Shown here in pieces: positions 20,589 to 28,830 of a DNA stretch of 64,000 nucleotides. Source of the stretch: an uncultured Eubacteriales bacterium (lineage in GTDB: Bacteria > Bacillota > Clostridia > Christensenellales > UMGS416); NCBI GenBank assembly GCA_900542005.1, contig UQLW01000008.1, positions 12,587 through 76,586 of the forward strand, written 5' to 3'. The notes beneath the pieces are model-generated. The model saw only the letters and a program-made list of their open reading frames with translations, searched no databases and was not told the DNA's origin. Every line of letters begins with the position of its first letter. Position 1 is the stretch's first letter. A program made the translations under genes and the position numbers.

Positions 20589-21386
20589 ATGAACGCATGG
20601 AAGCTATATTTCCGATCCATGGGGATCCATTTCCGATCGGCGGCGCAATATAAGGCCTCGATGGTCATGCAGATGCTGGCGCTATTTGTGATGACTGCAA
20701 CGGAGCTGGCCGCAGTGGCGCTGACCTTCCGGCGCTTCCCGGCGCTGGGCCAGTGGTCGCCGCAGCAAATCTACTTCTTCTTTGGCCTGATGAGCTTTAC
20801 CTTTGGCCTGGTGGAGTGCTTCTGCCGGGGCTTTACGGCCTTTGGCGGGCAGGTGCGGACCGGAAACTTCGACCGGCTGCTGCTGCGGCCCCGGAACCTG
20901 GAGCTATTGGTGCTTTGTTCGCAGATGGATGTGCGGCGTATCGGGTCGATGGTGGTGGGCCTGGCGGCGCTGGTCTATGGCGCGGCAGCCGCCCAGGTGC
21001 AGTGGACGGCGCTCAAGGTGCTGGCGCTGCTCTTTGCCCTTGCCGGGGGCGGGTGCCTGGTGCTGGGGCTGTTTATGATCGAAGCCACGGCGACCTTCTG
21101 GTCGATCAGCTCGATTGAGGTGGTGAACGTGCTGACCTATGGCGGCCGCAGCACCTGCCAATACCCTGTGGATATTTACCCCCGGGGCTTCCGGTGGATC
21201 TTCATTGCCCTGGCGCCCTATGGCCTGGCGATCCATCTGCCGGCGGCTTATATTCTCGATCAGACCATGCTGGGGCTGCCGCCCTGGGCGGCCTTCATCG
21301 GCCCGCTGGCCGGCGTTGCCTTCCTCTGCCTGATGCTGGCGCTGTGGCGGCGGGGCGTGGCCCATTATACCTCTACCGGCAGCTAA
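20589..21386 (+). CDS. ABC-2 family transporter permease (DUF990-like), second subunit
   Basis: 265 aa polytopic paralogue-like partner, starting 3 nt after the previous stop. A strong terminator follows. Confidence 0.75.
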   Translation: MNAWKLYFRSMGIHFRSAAQYKASMVMQMLALFVMTATELAAVALTFRRFPALGQWSPQQIYFFFGLMSFTFGLVECFCRGFTAFGGQVRTGNFDRLLLRPRNLELLVLCSQMDVRRIGSMVVGLAALVYGAAAAQVQWTALKVLALLFALAGGGCLVLGLFMIEATATFWSISSIEVVNVLTYGGRSTCQYPVDIYPRGFRWIFIALAPYGLAIHLPAAYILDQTMLGLPPWAAFIGPLAGVAFLCLMLALWRRGVAHYTSTGS

Positions 21387-21421
21387 GCTGGCGGCCATCC
21401 GGGGGCAGGGCCCCAAAGCAA

Positions 21422-21458
21422 AACACGCTTATGCAAGGCGCATAAGCGTGTTTTTTTT
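21422..21458 (+). terminator. Rho-independent terminator after the ABC-2 operon
   Basis: 13-bp perfect stem AACACGCTTATGC / GCATAAGCGTGTT with a 5-nt loop and a T8 run. Confidence 0.9.
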
Positions 21459-21595
21459 GTTAAATTTTCCGGCGGGCAAGACGCAGGGCCATCTCAAGGA
21501 GCGATCGTTCCTGCAGCTCGTTGGGACGCTGGGGAGGAGGCACAGCTCCAAGAGGCAGGGCCCGCCCTCCTAGAAGGAACACCTCTTTGGGCCTG

Positions 21596-22321
21596 TCAGG
21601 GCCGCAGGCCCTCCGTCAGATCTGTCACGACCTGCCAGGCCAGGATCAATCCGGCGGTCCCTACCACATAGGGCAGGCTGCCGGCCACCGAACGCTTGCC
21701 GCCCGCGTCGTCCATGATATCCGCCGGCTCCTGGCGGGGAGGCGGCGGCTCCGGGGAATAGACCACCTTGAGGCTGCCCAAGCCCCGCTTGCGCAGCTCC
21801 CGGCGCATGGCGCGGCAGAGCGGGCAGCCCTGGGTGGAGAAGATGTCGGCCACCATAAAGCCCAGGGGGCTGAGCTTGTTGCCGCAGCCCATGGCGGAGA
21901 TAAGCGGGGTGCCGGAAGCCTGGCAGCGGCAGGCCAGCTCCACCTTGGCCGCTACGGTATCGATCGCGTCCACCACATAGTCGGCCCCGGACAAGGCGGG
22001 CAGCGGCTCGCCGGGCAGGAAAAACTGATCCAACAGGGTGAGCTGGATATCGGGACGGATGCTGCGCAGGCGGGCCGCCATGGCGTCGACCTTCTTCCAG
22101 CCCAGGGTCTGCTGCGTGGCGATGATCTGGCGGTTCAGATTGGTCAGCGATACCCGGTCGTGATCCACCAGGGTCATACGGCCGATACCGGTGCGGGCCA
22201 GCGCCTCGGCGGCATAGCCGCCCACGCCGCCCAGGCCAAGGATGACCACATGGCTGGAGGCCAGCTTGTCGATGCCCTCCTGCCCCAGCAGCAGCCGGCT
22301 GCGGGAAAATGAATCCATCAT
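21596..22321 (-). CDS. tcdA: tRNA threonylcarbamoyladenosine dehydratase (ThiF/E1-like)
   Basis: 241 aa. It has the Rossmann motif VVILGLGGVGGYAAEALARTGIG, then MTLVDHDRVSLTNLNRQ and CPLCRAMRREL, as in TcdA/CsdL. Confidence 0.8.
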   Translation of the reverse strand: MMDSFSRSRLLLGQEGIDKLASSHVVILGLGGVGGYAAEALARTGIGRMTLVDHDRVSLTNLNRQIIATQQTLGWKKVDAMAARLRSIRPDIQLTLLDQFFLPGEPLPALSGADYVVDAIDTVAAKVELACRCQASGTPLISAMGCGNKLSPLGFMVADIFSTQGCPLCRAMRRELRKRGLGSLKVVYSPEPPPPRQEPADIMDDAGGKRSVAGSLPYVVGTAGLILAWQVVTDLTEGLRP

Positions 22322-22911
22322 AGCTTTTCAGGATCGAGCGCAAACCGCTCAAAGTCGCGCACCAGGGTGGGCTGCAGCGCCATCTTCAGCAGGGCGCGGT
22401 CGTGGTTGACCGAATCGCTGCCGGCAATGCGCACCTGACAGCCGGGGAAATGGGCGCGAATGCGGCGGGCCTTTTCCCCGCCGCGGTTATTGCGGCCGGT
22501 AAAGCGCAGCGTACGGGGATGGAGCTCCGTCGCCAGCAGGCAGTCCACCTGCAGGGCACCCTGAAGCAGCGGTTCCACCATGAACCGGGGCGAGGCGGTG
22601 CATACCACCACGGGCACGTCGTTCTCCCGGGGCCTGAACCAGGGCGCGATCCAGCCGCGCCGGGCCATCTCCGCCCAGAATTCCTCCATAAGCTCGGGCG
22701 CGTTCATCAGCCGTATGGGGATGAAGGTAACCGTCTTGCCCAGACGCACATCCCAGGGCATCAGCAGCATCAGCAAAAAGCCCACCAGCGGAAAAATGAG
22801 CAGCACCCACATCCAGGGATGGTGGCGGGTACAGACGTAGCGAAAGAACTCCGAATAGGTATCGTACTTGAAAATGGTGCGGTCGAAATCGTAGACATCA
22901 ATCAGCTGCAT
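22318..22911 (-). CDS. HAD-superfamily (subfamily IB-like) hydrolase with an internal hydrophobic segment
   Basis: 197 aa. HAD motif I is VYDFDRTIF and motif IV is GSDSVNHD. A hydrophobic stretch WMWVLLIFPLVGFLLMLLMPW is present. Its stop overlaps the tcdA start. Confidence 0.6.
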   Translation of the reverse strand: MQLIDVYDFDRTIFKYDTYSEFFRYVCTRHHPWMWVLLIFPLVGFLLMLLMPWDVRLGKTVTFIPIRLMNAPELMEEFWAEMARRGWIAPWFRPRENDVPVVVCTASPRFMVEPLLQGALQVDCLLATELHPRTLRFTGRNNRGGEKARRIRAHFPGCQVRIAGSDSVNHDRALLKMALQPTLVRDFERFALDPEKL

Positions 22912-22958
22912 CCTGGGTTTTCCTTTTCTTCTCTTTTGTTATGGCTATAGCGGGCTTG

Positions 22959-23450
22959 CTACAGCTGCATCCGCCGGTTGGCCCCGCGCTCCAGCGCCAC
23001 AGAGCCGGTGCGCACCAGCTCGACGATGCCATAGTCCTCCAGCAGCTCCTCCAGCGCGTCTACCTTCTGGCTGGTGCCGGTGATCTGCAGGATCATGTAT
23101 TCGGGGCTTAGATCCACCACGCTGGCACGGTAAACCCGGCAGATCTCCAGCAGCTGGCTGCGGGTAGCGGCCCTGCAGGATACCTTGATAAGCGCCAGCT
23201 CCCGGGACAGGGCCGTGTCAGTGATATCCCATACCTTGATAACGTCGATGAGCTTATTCAGCTGCTTGACCATCTGCTCCAATACGGCGGGGTCCCCCTC
23301 GACCACGATGGTCATGCGGGAAATATCGCTGCGCTGGGTGGCCGATACGGTAAGGGATTCAATATTATATCCGCGCCGGGCAAACAGGCCGGATACCCGG
23401 GTCAGCACGCCGGGCGAATTGACGACGACGACCGAAAGCGTGTGGCGCAT
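22959..23450 (-). CDS. ilvN: Acetolactate synthase small (regulatory) subunit
   Basis: Track ORF trimmed to ATG 23448-23450 (MRHTLSVVVVNSPGVLTRVSGLFARRGYNIESLTV...). It has an ACT domain and lies directly after ilvB. Confidence 0.9.
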   Translation of the reverse strand: MRHTLSVVVVNSPGVLTRVSGLFARRGYNIESLTVSATQRSDISRMTIVVEGDPAVLEQMVKQLNKLIDVIKVWDITDTALSRELALIKVSCRAATRSQLLEICRVYRASVVDLSPEYMILQITGTSQKVDALEELLEDYGIVELVRTGSVALERGANRRMQL

Positions 23451-23451
23451 G

Positions 23452-25041
23452 CTATACCTCCTGAATGGATTGGGCGTCCAGCCCCTGGGGCACCATGAGG
23501 CGCAGCAGCGCGCAGCCCGGCTGGCGGACCAACCACGCAAGGGCATCCTCATCCTCCATGGAGGCGGAACGGGAAGATAGCCCATAGGCCCGCGCCAGCG
23601 CGCAGAAATCCGGGTTCCCATCCAACGAGACCCCGAAATGGCGCCCGCCCTGATGCTCGTCCTGCAGCTCGCGCACCAGCCCCAGCGAGCCGTTGTCCAT
23701 CACAAGGAGCTTGACCTTCGCCCCGCTGGCGGCCAGGGTGGCCAGCTCGGGCAGATGCATCTGGAAGGAGCCGTCGCCGGTTATGACAAGGGCCGGGCAG
23801 CCCGTCCCCAGGGCCGCGCCAATGGCGGCGGGCAGGCCATAGCCCATGGTTCCCAGGCCGCCGCTTGTGATGAAGCTGCGGGGCTGCTCGACGGGCAGGT
23901 AACGCGCCGCCCAGAGCTGATGCTGCCCCACGTCTGTGGTAACGATGGTCTCCGGCGGCAGCAGCGCCGCAAGGCGGGCCATCAGACGGGCGGCGGGGTG
24001 GTCGCTGTGCTCGGGGCCGGGAAAGGGCCAAGGCGGCCGCGCCGGCGCGGGCTTATCCAGCAGCGCCCGGAGAATGGCCCCAATATCGCCCACCACAGGG
24101 ATATCGGTCCGCAGGGTCTTGCCGATTTCAGCGGGATCCGCATCCATATGGACCAGGACGGTACCGGGCCGGAGCGTATGCTCCACCCGGCCGCGGTCCC
24201 CCAGCCGGGCGCCCGCCACCAGCACGAGATCCGCCTGCGCCAGCGCCTGCATAGCCCGCCGGGCGCCGTGCATGCCGGTGAGGCCCAGGCACAGCGGATG
24301 GCTGGCGGGAAACGCGCCCAGCCCCATCATGGTCAGGGCCACCGGCGCGCCCAGGCGCTCGGCCAGAGCCTGGAGCGGCTCCCAGGCCCCGGCGGATAGA
24401 ACGCCGCCGCCGGCCAGGATCAGCGGCCGGCGGGATTGGGCCAGCGCGGCCCGTATGCGCTTAATCTGCAGGGGGTGCCCCTCGAAAACCGGGCGGTATC
24501 CGGGCAGCTCCGGCCCTTGGGCAAAATCCATATTGGCTTCGTCCGCCGCCACGTCGGAAGGGATATCCACCACCACTGCGCCGGGGCGGCCCGTCGCCGC
24601 AATATGAAGGGCCTCCCGCATCATCCGCGGCAGGGCGGCGGCGCTGCGGGCCTGCATGACATGCTTGGCAAAGGGGGCGGCCGCCCCCGTCATATCCACC
24701 TCCTGGAACACGTCCCGGCCGATCAGGCGGCTGGGGACCTGCCCGGTAACCGCCACCAGGGGAACCGAATCCATGTTGGCAGTGGCGATTCCCGTCAGCA
24801 GGTTGGTGGCGCCGGGGCCGGAGGTGGCGATGCATACGCCCACCTTCCCCGTAGCCCTAGCATAGCCGGAGGCCGCATGGGCGGCGGCGGCCTCATGGCG
24901 CACCAGCGTATGGGCGATCCCGCCCGCCCGCAGCGCGTCGTAAAGGGAGAGCACCGCGCCCCCGGGCAGGCCAAAGACGCGGTCCACGCCCTGATCGGCC
25001 AATACCTTTACAACCGCCTGCGCGCCGTTCATCCAGGCCAT
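23452..25041 (-). CDS. ilvB: Acetolactate synthase large subunit (ThDP enzyme)
   Basis: 529 aa. Motifs: MNGAQAVVKVLADQGVDRVFGLPGGAVLSLYDAL, CIATSGPGATNLLTGIATA and the ThDP motif GGLGTMGYGLPAAIGA...GDGSFQM. Confidence 0.9.
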   Translation of the reverse strand: MAWMNGAQAVVKVLADQGVDRVFGLPGGAVLSLYDALRAGGIAHTLVRHEAAAAHAASGYARATGKVGVCIATSGPGATNLLTGIATANMDSVPLVAVTGQVPSRLIGRDVFQEVDMTGAAAPFAKHVMQARSAAALPRMMREALHIAATGRPGAVVVDIPSDVAADEANMDFAQGPELPGYRPVFEGHPLQIKRIRAALAQSRRPLILAGGGVLSAGAWEPLQALAERLGAPVALTMMGLGAFPASHPLCLGLTGMHGARRAMQALAQADLVLVAGARLGDRGRVEHTLRPGTVLVHMDADPAEIGKTLRTDIPVVGDIGAILRALLDKPAPARPPWPFPGPEHSDHPAARLMARLAALLPPETIVTTDVGQHQLWAARYLPVEQPRSFITSGGLGTMGYGLPAAIGAALGTGCPALVITGDGSFQMHLPELATLAASGAKVKLLVMDNGSLGLVRELQDEHQGGRHFGVSLDGNPDFCALARAYGLSSRSASMEDEDALAWLVRQPGCALLRLMVPQGLDAQSIQEV

Positions 25042-25050
25042 GGCAACCTC

Positions 25051-25647
25051 CTATGCGGTAAGATCATTGTATTCGGGCGTGGGCAGAAGGGATATCTCGC
25101 TGAGCGGCCAGACGATGGCGTGGACCTTGCCCTTAAGCATGGACAGGGGAAGCGCGCCGATCCTTGGATCGTGGGAATCGGAGGAATCGTTGCGGTTATC
25201 CCCCAGGACAAAGACATGGTCCGGCTGGACGGTGATCTCCTCCATCTCATACTGGATCTCGCCCTTGATATAGGGTTCGTTGAGGCGGACGCCATTGATG
25301 TAGACGGCTCCATCGTGGATGGCGACGGTTTCCCCCTCCAGGGCTACGACGCGCTTGACAAAATTATCCCCCTCCCGGTTGGGATAGGCGGTGATGACGA
25401 TTTCGCCCCGGACAGGCTTGCGAAGCAGGTAGGTGGCCGGTGTGCAGAACATGCGCTGCCCGGTGTGCAGGGTGGGCTGCATGGAGGGGCCCTCCACCTG
25501 GATCAGCTGAAAGACAAGGAAATGCAGAAAAAGGCCGATAGCCAGCGCGATGGCCAGGGCCACGCACCATTCCAACAGCTCGCGCCTGGGGTTGGTCTCA
25601 GGGCGGCGGGCGTGGCGGCCGCCGGAGCGGGCGTTAGCGTTGCTCAT
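25051..25647 (-). CDS. lepB: Signal peptidase I
   Basis: Start at ATG 25645-25647 behind AAAGGAGGGA. It has a TM segment, then the catalytic Ser box VEGPSMQPTL, the Lys box FVKRVVALEGE and GDNRNDSSDS. Confidence 0.9.
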   Translation of the reverse strand: MSNANARSGGRHARRPETNPRRELLEWCVALAIALAIGLFLHFLVFQLIQVEGPSMQPTLHTGQRMFCTPATYLLRKPVRGEIVITAYPNREGDNFVKRVVALEGETVAIHDGAVYINGVRLNEPYIKGEIQYEMEEITVQPDHVFVLGDNRNDSSDSHDPRIGALPLSMLKGKVHAIVWPLSEISLLPTPEYNDLTA

Positions 25648-25834
25648 CGGTCCCTCCTTTTTCCAGCACCTTGCGCAGGCGCTTGTCAAATACGCTGCGG
25701 TCCATCATCACGATGCGCCCGCAGCCGGCGCATTTGATCTTGATATCGGCACCTACCCGGATAATCTCCCATTCGTCGCTGCCGCAGGGATGGGTTTTGC
25801 GCATCTTCACGCGATCGTGCAGGTCGTATTGCAT
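25634..25834 (-). CDS. DUF951 family small protein
   Basis: 66 aa. MQYDLHDRVKMRKTHPCGSDEWEIIRVGADIKIKCAGCGRIVMM matches the conserved Firmicute DUF951 (YyzM-like) pattern, including the CxxC. Confidence 0.8.
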   Translation of the reverse strand: MQYDLHDRVKMRKTHPCGSDEWEIIRVGADIKIKCAGCGRIVMMDRSVFDKRLRKVLEKGGTDEQR

Positions 25835-25851
25835 AGCTTGTAATTACTCCT

Positions 25852-26748
25852 TTATGTTTCAGGCTCAGGCGGATTCTCCGATTCTGATTTGAGTATATGC
25901 GCGCCATCTGCGTCAAGCCGCTGCTCAAGCTGTGCGCGCAATTCGGCTTCGGCCTGGAGATGGGCTGATTTTTCAACTTTGCAAGTCACGCGTATGATTA
26001 CGCCCGAATCGCTCAGCTTGGTGGCGCCCAAGACCGTGGGCGGCCCGTGTACAATATCCGGATGCCTTTGGGCCCAACGGTTTGCCTCATCGGCGACGGC
26101 GGAGATGGCGAGCGGGATATGGGCCTGCTTGGGGAGGCAGACATCCGCTACCGCCAATGCGTCCTGTTTAGCAAGGCGGCTGTTCCGCGAATAATTGGTG
26201 ACCATGGTGATGCTGCCGGCATGGATGGTATATAGCTCCCCCCGGAAGCCCCGAATCTGCACGGTGCGGATGGTCAGCCCCTCCACCGTGCCGGAGATGC
26301 CGTTGACCTCCACGAAATCGCCCAGGGTGATTTGATCCTCCATGGTCAAAAGCAGCCCGGCGATGAAATCCTTGACGATGCTTTGCGCGCCGAAAGCGAC
26401 GAGCAGGCCGCCCACGCCGGCGGTAGCCACGACGCTTGTCAGCACGCCGGTGAGCCCCAGCAGGTTAAAGACGGCGACGATCGTGAAAAAAACAATGAGC
26501 ACCCGAAGCAAAAGCAGCGAAAGATTGCGGATGGTGTTAAGCTTGCGTTCGCTGGTGGGAATCGCCCGGTTGGCATTCAGGCGGCGGATAATCCCGGTAA
26601 TGCTCCTTTTCAGCAGCCGGTATAATACCCAGGAGATCAATAGCGCCAGCAGGATTTCCAGCAGCTTCCAAGCCGCGCCCGGAAGCCAATCAAGGAGCGC
26701 TTCGCCGGCCTTCGCCAGGGTTTGATTGATCTTTTCCAGGGCTCGCAC
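25852..26748 (-). CDS. Small-conductance mechanosensitive channel (MscS family)
   Basis: 298 aa with a GTG start. It has three TM helices, then the MscS pore/beta-domain signature GAQSIVKDFIAGLLLTMEDQITLGDFVEVNGISGTVEGLTIRTVQIR. Confidence 0.85.
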   Translation of the reverse strand: MRALEKINQTLAKAGEALLDWLPGAAWKLLEILLALLISWVLYRLLKRSITGIIRRLNANRAIPTSERKLNTIRNLSLLLLRVLIVFFTIVAVFNLLGLTGVLTSVVATAGVGGLLVAFGAQSIVKDFIAGLLLTMEDQITLGDFVEVNGISGTVEGLTIRTVQIRGFRGELYTIHAGSITMVTNYSRNSRLAKQDALAVADVCLPKQAHIPLAISAVADEANRWAQRHPDIVHGPPTVLGATKLSDSGVIIRVTCKVEKSAHLQAEAELRAQLEQRLDADGAHILKSESENPPEPET

Positions 26749-26820
26749 GCCCCCCTTCTTTTCATTAGAATTTCATTTTATCATACCACAAGATTCCCGC
26801 TGCGTACAGTACGTTTGCAG

Positions 26821-26849
26821 TTGAATCGGGCGGGCAAGTTTGCTATAAT
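26821..26849 (+). promoter_or_regulatory. Candidate SigA promoter for the ECF-S/coaX operon
   Basis: TTGAAT (26821-26826), a 17-nt spacer, then TATAAT (26844-26849). Confidence 0.6.
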
Positions 26850-26941
26850 AACCCTGCCGGCATCCAGTGTGAGCCGGACAGGTTTATCCCTATCTTTTTT
26901 CGACTGGTATCTCAGAGCGAGAACCGGAAGCGGAGGCAAAA

Positions 26942-27562
26942 ATGAATATTCGCACATCCACACGCAGATTGGTCCTTTTGTCGGTGTTTGCAGCCATTAT
27001 CCTGGCCCTGGGCTTCCCAGGGTCGCCGCTGCATATCATCGGCTTCCCCACCTTCGGCCCCATCAGCGCCACCACCCTGCACATCCCGGTTATCCTGGGC
27101 GCGGTGCTGGAGGGCCCGCTCTTTGGCGGCATTCTCGGCTTGGTTATGGGCGTTACCAGCCTGCTTTCGGCCCTCTTATCGCCGGATCTGTCCTCGCCCT
27201 TCTTCCTGCGGCCGGAGATTTCCATCCTGCCCCGTATCCTGATCGGGCTGGTGGCGGCAGGCGTGTTCCGCCTCCTGGCCCGGCGGGTGAACCGCTCCTG
27301 GGCGGCGGGCCTTGCGGCGGCGGCCGGTACGCTGACCAATACCATCCTGGTGGTGGGGCTGATGACCTGGCGCGGCGCCGTGGGCGCTGTCGACAGCCAG
27401 GTATGGACGGCGATCAAATCCGCAATGGGTGTGGTGATTTCGGCCAACGGCATCTGTGAGCTCGTCATCGCCATTGTCGTGACGGTGGCCCTGGAGCGGG
27501 CCCTGCGGCCGCTGGTGGCCCGGGGGCATAAGCGCGCCCCCTCCGGCGGCCAAGCATCCTAA
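26942..27562 (+). CDS. ECF transporter S component (probably pantothenate-specific, PanT-like, inferred from its linkage to coaX)
   Basis: 206 aa six-TM protein of the small ECF substrate-capture type. It lies immediately upstream of, and on the same strand as, the type III pantothenate kinase gene. Substrate specificity is an inference. Confidence 0.65.
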   Translation: MNIRTSTRRLVLLSVFAAIILALGFPGSPLHIIGFPTFGPISATTLHIPVILGAVLEGPLFGGILGLVMGVTSLLSALLSPDLSSPFFLRPEISILPRILIGLVAAGVFRLLARRVNRSWAAGLAAAAGTLTNTILVVGLMTWRGAVGAVDSQVWTAIKSAMGVVISANGICELVIAIVVTVALERALRPLVARGHKRAPSGGQAS

Positions 27563-27609
27563 AGAAAGCCAACGGGGCCGCGCCCCGCAGAAAGAGGACA
27601 ACGGACATT

Positions 27610-28386
27610 ATGATTCTGACCCTAGACACCGGCAATTCCAACATCAAAATCGGCATTTACGATGGGGACGCCCGGATTCAGTACGCGCGCCTGGCCACCG
27701 ACATGCGCAAAACCAGCGACGAATACGGCCTGCAGATCGAAGGGATCTTCCAGTATGCCGGCCTATCACGCAGGCAGGTGGACGGCGTCATCATCTCCTC
27801 GGTGGTGCCGTCTTTGAACTATACGCTGCAGTCCATGTGCCATACCTTCTTCTCCTGCGAACCCCTTTTCGTGGGGCCGGGTATCAAGACGGGCATGGCC
27901 ATCCGGTATGACAATCCCCGCGAGGTGGGTTCCGACCGGATTACGACGGCGGTGGGCGCGCTGGAAAAGTACGGCGGCCCCTGCATCGTCATTGACTTTG
28001 GTACGGCAACCACCTTCGGCGCGGTATCGGCCAAGGGCGAGTTTTTGGGCGGCGCCATTATGCCGGGCCTGAAAATATCGCTGGAATCCCTGGTCAGCCA
28101 GACCTCCAAGCTGCCGACCATCGAGCTGAAGAAGCCGCCGAAGGTGATCGGCCGCAATACCGTGGAGAACATGCAGTCGGGCCTTATTAACGGGTATATC
28201 GGCGCGGTGGAGCGGCTGGTGCGCAAGATGAGCCAGGAGATGGGCGAGGAGCACGTCCAGGTGGTGGCGACGGGCGGTATGGCCCGCATGATGGCCGAGG
28301 GCTCGCCCAGCGTGATTGACCATATCGATCCGTATCTGGCCATGGACGGACTGAAGATCATTTATCATCGCAACCTGAGCGAATAA
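27610..28386 (+). CDS. coaX: Type III pantothenate kinase
   Basis: 258 aa. Motifs: MILTLDTGNSNIKIG, NPREVGSDRI, VIDFGTATTF and VVATGGMA (ASKHA fold, CoaX pattern). Confidence 0.92.
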   Translation: MILTLDTGNSNIKIGIYDGDARIQYARLATDMRKTSDEYGLQIEGIFQYAGLSRRQVDGVIISSVVPSLNYTLQSMCHTFFSCEPLFVGPGIKTGMAIRYDNPREVGSDRITTAVGALEKYGGPCIVIDFGTATTFGAVSAKGEFLGGAIMPGLKISLESLVSQTSKLPTIELKKPPKVIGRNTVENMQSGLINGYIGAVERLVRKMSQEMGEEHVQVVATGGMARMMAEGSPSVIDHIDPYLAMDGLKIIYHRNLSE

Positions 28387-28399
28387 GGAGGCTTCGGAT

Positions 28400-28747
28400 A
28401 TGAAGGTATGCGCAAGTCAAAGGGTCCATGAGCTGCGCGAGCATATGCGCGGCGGCGACGGAGCTGCGGTGTTGGACACGGTGCCCGCGGCGCTGCTGCC
28501 GGCCCACACCCGGCTGGCCGGGGTGATTACGCTGAAGAAGGGCTGCTCCATCGGCAGCCATGCCCATGAGGGCGAGACGGAAATCTTCGTTTTCCATGCC
28601 GGGACAGGCCGGGTGGAGGACAACGGCGAGGACAAGCCCGTAGGGCCCGGCGACGTGGTGCTCACCGGCGGCGGCGCAACCCACGCGGTAGCCAATACCG
28701 GCGACGAGGATCTGGTCTTTACGGCGGTCATCGTGACGGAGGCATAA
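28400..28747 (+). CDS. Cupin domain protein
   Basis: 115 aa with the cupin metal motifs GSHAHEGETEIFVF ... GDVVLTGGGATHAVAN. Confidence 0.75.
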   Translation: MKVCASQRVHELREHMRGGDGAAVLDTVPAALLPAHTRLAGVITLKKGCSIGSHAHEGETEIFVFHAGTGRVEDNGEDKPVGPGDVVLTGGGATHAVANTGDEDLVFTAVIVTEA

Positions 28748-28764
28748 GCGACGGCAGAAATTTT

Positions 28765-28796
28765 ATGCCGCCGGCCCGGGTATGGGCCGGCGGCAT
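28765..28796 (+). terminator. Strong hairpin after the cupin gene
   Basis: 13-bp stem ATGCCGCCGGCCC / GGGCCGGCGGCAT. The U-tract is weak (ACGGTTTAT). Confidence 0.5.
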
Positions 28797-28830
28797 ACGG
28801 TTTATCATGCATTCTTTGGAGGGATGATTT

